Shown: piece by piece, positions 1-8,741 of the stretch
Numbering within the stretch: the stretch's first letter is position 1
Layout of the letters: every line of letters starts with the position of its first letter
Source: Yuukianura sp. NJ FZ-2021
Lineage: Eukaryota
DNA length: 64,000 bases
Direction: 5' to 3'
Assembly (NCBI GenBank): GCA_046563655.1
Contig: CM102287.1
Location: forward strand, 2,108,001-2,172,000
The notes under the pieces: generated by a model
Database searches by the model: none
Seen by the model: only the letters and a program-made list of their open reading frames with translations
Told to the model about the DNA's origin: nothing
Program-made: the position numbers and the translations under genes

Positions 1-1415
1 TCCCCAAATCCACGGTTGGTTTTTTCTTAGAAGTCGGTACAGTGGCTCTGCCTTTGCAGCAAAATGTTCAATAAACGGAGCATACCACTGAGTCATTCCA
101 TGGAAACTTTGCACTTCTTTGACGTTCTTCGGAGTAGGGAAATCCACTATGGCACTCACTTTTTTAGGACACTTTTGTAGACCATGTTCTGTCAAACGAT
201 GGCCCAACACCTCAACCTCTCTCTTACAACACTGTAGCTTTTGAGGACTAATGGTGAGTCCTGCCATCTTCAACCTACTCAGCACTTTTTCTAAATGCAC
301 TAAATGTTCATCCAGAGTCTTACTGAACAAAATGATATCGTCCATGTAGCACTTTGCAAACTTGGAGAATCCTTGGATGACTTTCCGCATCAACTGCTGA
401 CACGTCTTTGGACTGTTTTTTAATCCGAATGGCATCACTAGGAACTCGTAGTGGCCATCCTGAGTCACGAACGCTGACTTTTCCACACTGTCCGGATGCA
501 ACTTGACTTGCCAATATCCTTTCGCAAGATCAATCACTGTGTACCAATAACCTGCTGGAATTGTGTGTAAAATAGAATGAGCACTTTCCATTGGCGCAGC
601 ATTCGTCTTGGTTTGCTGATTCAGCAACGTATAATCCACGCAAAGTCGCTTACTGCCGTCTTTCTTTGGTACCACCACAACTGGAGCTGCATACGGTGAC
701 CTTGAAGGTCTGATTAGACCTTCCTTCAACATTTCTTGAATTTGATCATTGATGATCTTCTGCATTTCTGGTGACCTTCTGTAAGGGTTCCTTGCCGGTG
801 GACACCCTTCATCTTCTATGACATGATGAGTCAGGTCCGTCCTTCCCAACTTCCCATCACTCCGGACGACCGTTGGAAATTTCTCTAGGACACGCTGAAC
901 TCTCACTCTCACTTCACTATCTTCATTATGGCTTACTGGTAAAGCCACTGAAAACAACGCAGTCCCGGTTGTTTCTGTAGTGGAAGTCAATTTGAATTTC
1001 TGACTTCCATTGTCACCAAACCAAAACTCTTTACTTCTCAATCTAATTACAATGTCATTCTGAAAACAAAAATCAGAACCTAACACACACTTAACTGGCA
1101 AACCCTCCGCCACATAGAACTTTGACTTGAAAGTTCGACCACCAATTTTTATATACACAAAACAGAAGCCAATGAGACGTAGCTTCTGACTATTCATCAT
1201 AGTTGTAGACGTATTTTTTAACGGAACTACAACTGACTGCAACTTTTTACATAACTGTACATCAATGAGTGACTGCGAACATCCCGTGTCGAAAATTGCC
1301 AAAAAATTCGAATCTTCATTCGCCACAGTCACAAAAGGAATTAAATCGTCCGAAACTTGAACTAAGGTAGGGTGAATGATGGACGACTTCTCATTCACCA
1401 CTGCGTGTTTAACTT
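1..1415 (-). CDS. pol: Gypsy C pol, partial: aspartic protease and reverse transcriptase, open to the window edge
   Basis: Hand translation: AIFDTGCSQSLID (DTG at 1290-1282), VVVVPKKDGSKRLCVDY, IDLAKGYWQ, MPFGLKN, CYMDDII (348-337). Frame is -1 relative to gag; absent from the ORF track, apparently because it runs off the window edge. Confidence 0.92.
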
Positions 1416-2283
1416 CTCATTAGAAGTTGACGCTTCGTTTTTTTCAGGTGGTTCCTTCTTCTTCTTTGGAACTGGAAGTCCTTGGGGGACTTCCTCCTGA
1501 AATGACCCTAAAGCCAAACCAACACCTGATGGACACTGAAACTTACGATGCCCAAAACCATTACACTTGAAGCACTGAACATCACTTAAGTCTTGCCTAG
1601 AGGTCTGGCCTTGACCTCTGCCTTGACCACCACCACGGTCGTTGTCATTAGAAGAACCACGATTACCACGGTAACCGCCCTTCCCACGTGCAGGCGAATC
1701 ATTTTGAGGCTGCACTGAATTCTTGTCATAATTGGATTTAGAACTTTGACCTTGTGACTGGTCATTGGGTTGAGATGAGGAATGTCCACTGTTCGGACTT
1801 CCATTACTTCCATTAGTCGGGGATTGATCACTGGAATAATTCTTGTAGCCATTTCCTTTGCCTTTCCAGTTTCCACGGAAGCCATTATTTTTGGCTTCCT
1901 TCCCACGAAACCAATTATTTCCATTGGAAGTTCCAGCAGAACTTCCAGCATTTGAATTAGTGGAATTATCATCTTTCTTGACTGACTCTGACTTTGAGTC
2001 GACCTTGACAATTGGAGGTAATCCGAATTTATTTTTTGTGATTCTGTCTTCGGCTGTAAGATTAGCATGAGCAATTCTACATGCATCAAAAAGTGATTCC
2101 ACTGTGTCGAACTGTTGAGTTCCTAGGGCTGTGCGAATCCTCGGATTCAAACCTAATTTTGCACGTAACACTGCATCAGCCACTGACTCATGTGGATAAA
2201 TTAATCTGGAGCACCGAACCACATCATACAAATAAAATTCAACAGACTCGTTGAACTGTTGTCTTCTTGTGTGCAGAAGCCTC
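1395..2283 (-). CDS. gag: Gypsy C gag, C-terminal half with CCHC knuckle
   Basis: CFKCNGFGHRKFQC knuckle; joins 32208-32907 in frame as ...DVAERTR-LLHTRRQQFNESVE... once P and one TSD copy are removed. Confidence 0.9.
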
Positions 2284-2380
2284 AGTAGATAGCAAGTTGG
2301 GACAACGGGCCCATTTATTTTTAGAACATCCACGGGGGCTAGTCGGCCGCAATATTGGGGAGGGAAAAAACTCACAATGA

Positions 2381-2485
2381 CAAAAAATGTCAACAAAAAA
2401 GTCGACAACAAAAACGTCGACAAAAAGATCGAGAACAAAAATGTCAACAAAAAATGTCGATAACAAAAAAGTCGACAACAAAAAA
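2381..2485. repeat. Subterminal ~14-15 bp tandem repeats (AAAAAAGTCGACAAC-like), mirrored at ~32006-32110
   Basis: About 7 degenerate copies of aaaaa(a/t/c)gtc(g/a)acaa seen directly. Confidence 0.75.
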
Positions 2486-2551
2486 CAAGTAGTGAAATTT
2501 TTGTGTAGAAAATTCGAACATCGACTCTAGTCTAGTGTCTAAGTGCTTGTA

Positions 2552-2863
2552 ACTACTTCTCTACGGCCGCTGGTTCGAATACCACACGGGTCAACGCTTG
2601 TGGTTAAGAAGTTACAAGTACTTAGATACAAGACTGGGGTCAATGTTATTATTTTTTTTATTTATTTTTAGTTAAGGATTGAGTTCTTGGAAAAATATCT
2701 TTTCTCAAGAAAAACGTTTTTTCTTGAAAAGTTCTCAAAATAACATTTCTTTAGAAAAAACGTTTTTGAAAAAATTTCAAAATAGCATTTCAAACGTTGT
2801 CCAAGTAGTACTTAAACAGCGAGTTTTGAGACTAGCAATCATCAGTTCGGAAACCAGTCTCAA
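2552..2863 (+). repeat. 312-bp direct repeat, copy 1 (copy 2 at 3708-4019), upstream of each arm paralogue
   Basis: actacttctctacggccgctggttcgaat...ccagtctcaa occurs twice with few differences. Confidence 0.9.
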
Positions 2864-2893
2864 ACTATAAGCATGCGGTGATTCAGGTCATAC

Positions 2894-3763
2894 ATGGAGG
2901 TTTCGGAACCGTTTATTGACATGGAAGATGTCATCGCAGTGAAGATTTCTGGACATTCGATTCTTCTAACAGCAGAGGATCTGCCAACCGTGGTGGAAAA
3001 GCTAGTAAAAGCATACATAGCCGCAGGGGAAATGATGAAGGATTTACCACACTTTGAAACAATCATGGCAACTAACCGCAAGAATGGATTCCTAAAGTTA
3101 TTTCGTCAGCAGTCACCAGCAGAGTTTCAAACACTCAAAGAAAAGCTGGAGCGACCGCTTCCTCCTATCCACTGCATCACAGGCAATGTGAATCGAGTGT
3201 TTCTCATACGTAGCGGTCGTCCACTTCCCATCGAAATCATGGACATTCCTCTTCTGGTGGAATCACTTCTAAAGTGTGGCTGCTTTCCGACCTCATATAC
3301 AGAAAAGTATCTGGATGAGCTCATTCATGAGTCAAAACGTGAATACCTGAGAAAGCTACGCGACAAAATTCTCAACACTCCCATCAACAGAATTAAAGAA
3401 ACAATTGGCAAGGCTGCCGGTTTAAAGACGAACAAGAAAATTCACCCATACAAAAAACCAAACGTGTTTCACCGATTTGCCTGTTATTTATCGCCAAAGT
3501 CTTTCATTTTAAATCCAGCCTACTCGAAGCATGTGCTGGACGTTACCAAACATCAACAAATTCAAATTAACAACCAAAAACGTACTCCAAACCATGACTT
3601 TAACGAGCACTTTAGACTGGTCCATCTTAACATGCATCGTCAATCGTCATACTCTGATGATACAGTTCTCAACATTATTTTTTATGGTGTTAAGCAAATT
3701 TCAGCTTACTACTTCTCTACGGCCGCTGGTTCGAATACTACACGGGTCAACGCTTGTGGTTAA
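2894..3763 (+). CDS. P arm paralogue 1, 289-aa hypothetical protein
   Basis: Intact ATG ORF; clear paralogue of 4077-4893; identical copy at 30728-31597 (-). Confidence 0.75.
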   Translation: MEVSEPFIDMEDVIAVKISGHSILLTAEDLPTVVEKLVKAYIAAGEMMKDLPHFETIMATNRKNGFLKLFRQQSPAEFQTLKEKLERPLPPIHCITGNVNRVFLIRSGRPLPIEIMDIPLLVESLLKCGCFPTSYTEKYLDELIHESKREYLRKLRDKILNTPINRIKETIGKAAGLKTNKKIHPYKKPNVFHRFACYLSPKSFILNPAYSKHVLDVTKHQQIQINNQKRTPNHDFNEHFRLVHLNMHRQSSYSDDTVLNIIFYGVKQISAYYFSTAAGSNTTRVNACG

Positions 3764-4076
3764 GAAGTTACAAGTACTTAGATACAAGACTGGGGTCAAT
3801 GTTATTATTTTTTATTTTTATAGTTTTAGTTAAGGATTGAGTTCTTGGGAAAATATCTTTTCTCAAGAAAAACGTTTTTTCTTGAAAAGTTCTCAAAATA
3901 ACATTTCTTTAGAAAAAAACGTTTGAAAAATTTCAAAATAGCATTTCAAACGTTGTCGAAGTAGTACTTAAACAGCGAGTTTTGAGACTAGCAATCGTCA
4001 GTTCTGAAACCAGTCTCAATCTGCAACCGTGGAAGGGTTTCGACCTTATATAGAAGTTTTGACGCCTTTTAGTGAC

Positions 4077-4893
4077 ATGGAGGATGTCATTGCAGTGAAG
4101 ATTGCTGAACACTCAATTCTGCTAGCAGCAGAGGAACTCCCGACCGTGGTCGAAAAGCTGGTTAAAGCATACATCGAAGCTGGGAGAATGATGAAGGATC
4201 TTCCACATTTTGAAAGAATCATGGCAAGGAACCGCAAGAATGGATTCCTGAAGTTATTCCGAGTTCTAGAAAGACCACCAGCATCGGAAATCCAAATAAT
4301 GAAAGAAAAGCTCGATACGCCACTTCTTCCAATCCACTGCATTAAAAACGAATCAGACCAAGTGTTTCTTATTAGAAGCGGTGGTCCTCTCACACTGAAC
4401 ATCAGTGATATTCCTCTTCTGGTGGAATCGCTTCTAAAGTGTGGTTGCTTTCCTACATTCTTATCCGGAAAGGAATCTGGACGAGCTTATTCATGAAACA
4501 AAGCGTGTTTTCCTCAATAAGCTGCGCAAGGAAGGCCTCAACACTTGTGCGAACAGAATTAAAAACAAGATTGGGAAAGTCGTAGGAATACAGCCAGACA
4601 AGAAAATTCATCCGTACAAAAGTGAAAAACGAAGTATTTTTCAGCGATTTAATTGCTGCTGTCCAACAGTTGATGATACTCTGAAGCCACGCTATCGGAT
4701 GCACATAACGGACGTTACCAAAGACCAACAAGAACGTATTAACAAATCAAGGATTGTTTCAGAAGGAGATTTTGGAGATGCTCAACTTGCCAACATCGAA
4801 AATTACCGATTAGCGCCATATTCCTCTCAAGCCGTCCACATGATTGTTCATCATAGTGAACGAGATCATTCTGCATATGACATTTTCTGTTAG
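4077..4893 (+). pseudogene. P arm paralogue 2, left copy with a 1-nt frameshift
   Basis: tcctacAttcttatcc versus tcctacttcttatcc in the intact right-arm copy; split into ORFs 4029-4496 and 4441-4893. Confidence 0.8.
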
Positions 4894-5093
4894 CTGAATT
4901 TCTGTTATTTAATGGTTTAGTATTACACTTTTACACTTGAATAAAATCCAGGGTTTTAAATTATTTGCCACATTGAAAATTCATTTATTGGATTCATATT
5001 GTAAATTTAAACAAAATTTAAACACCAAATAATAAATCAATGTTGTATAAAATTGTAATTTTTTGTTGTTGAAATTTATTCCCAACTGGCCGG

Positions 5094-5513
5094 TGTTACA
5101 CATACCATACGCAAAGAAAAATTACTAAGCCTAAGTTACTTTCTTTTGTTCCTTGTTTTTCGACCTTCACTGAAATCCCTTGAACTTGGGAAAAACAACT
5201 CCCGATTTTTGTATTTTGAAAATAGTTCCCTTTCCCGATCTTGTTTTGTTATTTAGTAAGGTTAAGGTCACTCCATAAGGTCTAGGCTAAAAATTTCCTT
5301 TAAATACCGTAGTACATCACTGTAAGAGGCAGTTGAAATTCGGACTCTGTTTGGTTCGGATCCAACTAAAACTCCGGGGTAGCCAACTAACTAGGCACTC
5401 GTCGAGTTTACCTAACCTAACCTTCCTCTCCCAAAAAATAAGTTAAATAAAAATAATGCACAAGTATTTTTCGAAGGCCTTTATTTTACAAGTTCAAATA
5501 TGAACTTGTAACA
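5094..5513 (+). repeat. 5' LTR of element A (420 bp)
   Basis: Direct repeat of 25971-26389 with TG...CA ends and AATAAA. Confidence 0.96.
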
Positions 5514-5515
5514 TT

Positions 5516-5526
5516 TGGTGCCGAAA
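5516..5526 (+). promoter_or_regulatory. Primer-binding site of A, tRNA-Phe-like
   Basis: TGGTGCCGAAA 2 nt after the LTR, complementary to the tRNA-Phe 3' end. Confidence 0.75.
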
Positions 5527-5901
5527 GCGAACTCTCCTAATTCCAAAATAAGTTTTGGTACCTGGAGAGGCGAACCAGATTAGAATAATTTTCAATGCAG
5601 AACTAGAATTATTTTCATTCGTCAAATTGGTTTCTGTCTAAGCTCATTTTTCAAATGATTTCAGAATCTAAAAATAAAAACTGCCGTGGAAACTTGTCCA
5701 AAAAGAATCCTCATTTTACTCAGATTTGAAGAAAACCTCTCTCCAATTTTTCTACAATAAAGGTAAAAACAAAATCATGTGCACTTCATTTTCTTCTCTT
5801 ATAATTTTAGTCCTTCTTTTAATTTCGGTTTACCTATATTTTCAAAATTTCTTTAACAATCTAATTAAACCCCTAGATTTTTTCAATACCATGCATTTCT
5901 A

Positions 5902-6393
5902 ATGTTTCATTTAAATACTTATATACTAAACGAGATTTTTTCATACTTAACGTTTGAAGAAATTTTTTACTTACAACTTGCGTTTTCTTCTCAAAAACCT
6001 AAAACAAAATTTGAAAAATTACAACTTTTAAACTTCAGGGAAACCACGCACACAATTCTTCAAATCTTGAAGCTAAAAATAGCAATTCATGAAAATAATT
6101 TCATCCATGACGTAATTACTCTGAAATTAAAAATTTCTGGGACTAATGATTTTGAAGACAGTACATTTGTTACTATTAAGTCATACTTAAAAGAACTCCC
6201 GTCCAGCGTAACGTTGTTACCTACGGTAGATCTTTTACTACAATCTGAAATTTATACTTGCAATGTCCATTCCCATTTCATTCATGCCTTAACTACGGAG
6301 GACTTAACGTTATTACAAACTAAATTTATGATTTGGCCTTTTGTTTTTTTACCTCTTTCTAAACTTATTAATATAGAACGTAATAATTCATAA
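5902..6393 (+). CDS. Element A accessory ORF1, N-terminal F-box-like motif (163 aa)
   Basis: MFHLNTYILNEIFSYLTFEEIFYL fits the F-box pattern L(P)xEILxxIFSYLxxxDL. Confidence 0.7.
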   Translation: MFHLNTYILNEIFSYLTFEEIFYLQLAFSSQKPKTKFEKLQLLNFRETTHTILQILKLKIAIHENNFIHDVITLKLKISGTNDFEDSTFVTIKSYLKELPSSVTLLPTVDLLLQSEIYTCNVHSHFIHALTTEDLTLLQTKFMIWPFVFLPLSKLINIERNNS

Positions 6394-6422
6394 TCATACA
6401 AAGTTTCAAATTTTATAATGGA

Positions 6423-6878
6423 ATGGAAATTTTACATACAGATATTTTAGACGAAATTTTCACATATTTAACCTTTAACGATTTAACAAATTTTAAGATA
6501 GCAGTGGAAAACTCAGAATCTTCATTCTTAAAAACTTACACTCTCAATGTTTTTTACAACTCTCAAGAGCAATTGAAAAATCATTTGGCACAATTACCTC
6601 TTTCACTTTCTTATGTATTCATAAGAAATGATCAGTTTATTGGGTGTGTCAACCTCTTAACTAAAACGTTCTTGGAAACCTTGTTTTTAAAAGAATTGTT
6701 CAAATCCACACTTAGGTTATTACTTGAGACACCGATTTGTTACATTCAAATCGAAGCAACTAAATTCCGTGAATTAAACAAACACTGTCGGAATCTTCTC
6801 GCTAAAAAATTTTTTATCCGTTTTCACAAGGAACTTCCAAATGAACTTTCATACTACAAACTAGACCAAAAATTCTGA
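6423..6878 (+). CDS. Element A accessory ORF2, N-terminal F-box-like motif (151 aa)
   Basis: MEILHTDILDEIFTYLTFNDLTNF; C-terminal half aligns with ORF3 (TKTFLETLFLKELFKST / TKAFLLNLPLKHLFRST). Confidence 0.7.
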   Translation: MEILHTDILDEIFTYLTFNDLTNFKIAVENSESSFLKTYTLNVFYNSQEQLKNHLAQLPLSLSYVFIRNDQFIGCVNLLTKTFLETLFLKELFKSTLRLLLETPICYIQIEATKFRELNKHCRNLLAKKFFIRFHKELPNELSYYKLDQKF

Positions 6879-6882
6879 ACAA

Positions 6883-7359
6883 ATGAATGCGTTAGATTTC
6901 CCTTTAGTAGAACAAATTTTATCCTTTCTGACTTCACAGGATATTATTAATTTCTATTTGGCACTTCAGACTAATAAATTGGAATTCACCAATTTACAAA
7001 TCATCTTAGCTACTAAATATTTCGCAATTAAGGATCAGCTTTTAAAACACACTGCTAAAATAAGTCCAAATCTTCATTTCGTGTCTTACGAAACTTCTAC
7101 AACTAGTTTTTGGAAATTCAATTTTACAAAAGCGTTTCTGTTAAACCTGCCACTAAAACACTTATTTCGATCAACTGCACAAATTTTAACCAACACATCA
7201 ATTTGTGGGATTGCAATCACAGTAAACCATTTTAATTCCTTTTCAGAATTAGAAAAGAAATTAATTAAGGCGAAATTTTCAGTTAAATTTAACAAACATT
7301 CAGCATATTCGGAAAGCAACTATATTTTAGAAGAAAAAACAACGTTGTATATGTTTTAG
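6883..7359 (+). CDS. Element A accessory ORF3, N-terminal F-box-like motif (158 aa)
   Basis: MNALDFPLVEQILSFLTSQDIINFYLA; paralogue of ORF2. Confidence 0.68.
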   Translation: MNALDFPLVEQILSFLTSQDIINFYLALQTNKLEFTNLQIILATKYFAIKDQLLKHTAKISPNLHFVSYETSTTSFWKFNFTKAFLLNLPLKHLFRSTAQILTNTSICGIAITVNHFNSFSELEKKLIKAKFSVKFNKHSAYSESNYILEEKTTLYMF

Positions 7360-7415
7360 ATAAAATTTTTCCGGCCAATTGATTTAAATCCCCGTTTAAC
7401 ATTACCAATTCTTAA

Positions 7416-7550
7416 ATGGATGAAGAAAGAGCTGATAAACTAGAAATCTATTGGACAGCTAGTTTACTTTTTGAATTAGCTCTCGCTTTCACTATAATTA
7501 TTGGCCTAGGATTACTCATTATTTTTTATTTTTACAATTTCAACTACTAA
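7416..7550 (+). CDS. 44-aa single-pass transmembrane peptide
   Basis: Hand translation MDEERADKLEIYWTASLLFELALAFTIIIGLGLLIIFYFYNFNY*; fills the gap before gag. Confidence 0.5.
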   Translation: MDEERADKLEIYWTASLLFELALAFTIIIGLGLLIIFYFYNFNY

Positions 7551-7574
7551 ACATCAGTTAAAATCCAAATCAAA

Positions 7575-8741
7575 ATGAGTAAACCTACCAAAGTTGGAAT
7601 TGTTCCAACCAAGTTTAGTCCTAGGGACGATGCCTTCAAATGGTTACAACAATTCGAACTAGTTAGCATAGCTAACTCTTGGACAAATGAAATTAAAGTG
7701 GTCCAGCTTCCAAATTATCTAACTGCATCAGCTAGTTTATGGTACCTAAATTGGAAGAAAGAACGGACTGAAAAACATAAAGCTACTGCTAAGGAAGGTG
7801 ACACGGAGCCAGCAGTTACATGGGCTGAGCTAACTGAAGCGCTCCAGCGCGCTTTTCAAACTGTCGCTAACAAGGAAATAGCGGAACAGAAATTAAATGA
7901 CCGAAAACAACAATTAGGTGAAAGCTTCGAGGATTTTGTATATGCTTATATTGATTTGTGTAATGATTATGACCCTAATATGACTGAAGCCGTAAAATTA
8001 CGGAAGATTACAAGGTCTCTATTACCATACTATCTAGAAAAAATAAACCCTTTAAATTTAAAAACTATAGAAGAATTAATTAGTACAGGACGAAAAATCG
8101 CGGAAACTCAATTCATGTTAGAACAAAATGCTTCTGTGAATGCCGTTAGTGAGGTCAAACCAGAAATGGACAAACTCACAAAACTTTTTGAAAATCAGAC
8201 TGTTCTGATCACTAATATTCTGGAAAATCAGAAGGATTTATCTAAATTACATGAAGATAAAGAAAAGAGAAAAAATTCAAAAAATAATACAAATAAGCAA
8301 AATTTTAAATGTTATTCATGTGGATCGGATTCACATTTTGCTCAAAATTGTGACAAAAAATTCTGTCAAATTCATAATTCTACTACACATTCTACCTACG
8401 AATGTCGCTTAAAAAACGCAATTGGCCGGGGTCCACGGCCCAGGTATGCCATGGGTTCTCGGCCAGTTATATACCAACAACGCATGAATACCAATTACCG
8501 TCCTCGATTCCAATTTTCCCAACCTTTTGCCCTTCAAACTTACCAACCTCGGCCGAGGAATCCCTCCTACAACCCTCGTTCAACCCAAAATTTTCACAAT
8601 TACTATACCTCCCCATACCAATCCCAACAATTGAGCCAACCCTTTCAAAACAATCAAAATTCAACTTCCAATCCTACCCCAGTTCAGTATTACCAAAATC
8701 CACACCAACAGCAACCCACGTTTCCTCCCACGCTCAACTAA
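7575..8741 (+). CDS. gag: Element A Gag
   Basis: Capsid-like region (KWLQQFE...W...RKQQLGESFEDF), CYSCGSDSHFAQNC knuckle plus CQIHNSTTHSTYEC. Confidence 0.92.
   Translation: MSKPTKVGIVPTKFSPRDDAFKWLQQFELVSIANSWTNEIKVVQLPNYLTASASLWYLNWKKERTEKHKATAKEGDTEPAVTWAELTEALQRAFQTVANKEIAEQKLNDRKQQLGESFEDFVYAYIDLCNDYDPNMTEAVKLRKITRSLLPYYLEKINPLNLKTIEELISTGRKIAETQFMLEQNASVNAVSEVKPEMDKLTKLFENQTVLITNILENQKDLSKLHEDKEKRKNSKNNTNKQNFKCYSCGSDSHFAQNCDKKFCQIHNSTTHSTYECRLKNAIGRGPRPRYAMGSRPVIYQQRMNTNYRPRFQFSQPFALQTYQPRPRNPSYNPRSTQNFHNYYTSPYQSQQLSQPFQNNQNSTSNPTPVQYYQNPHQQQPTFPPTLN

Larger units (their letters stand above)
2284..5093 (+). repeat. Left inverted arm of P, part 1 (continues at 26395-26844 after element A)
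   Basis: Reverse complement of the outer part of the right arm (~29400-32207); ORF translations are identical apart from one 1-nt insertion near 4457. Confidence 0.95.

Noticed and set aside
2284..2450. Hydrophobic N-terminus of ORF 1395-2450 as a membrane-anchored Gag
   Set aside because: It is read-through from P's terminal repeat; the real gag N-terminus is at 32208-32907
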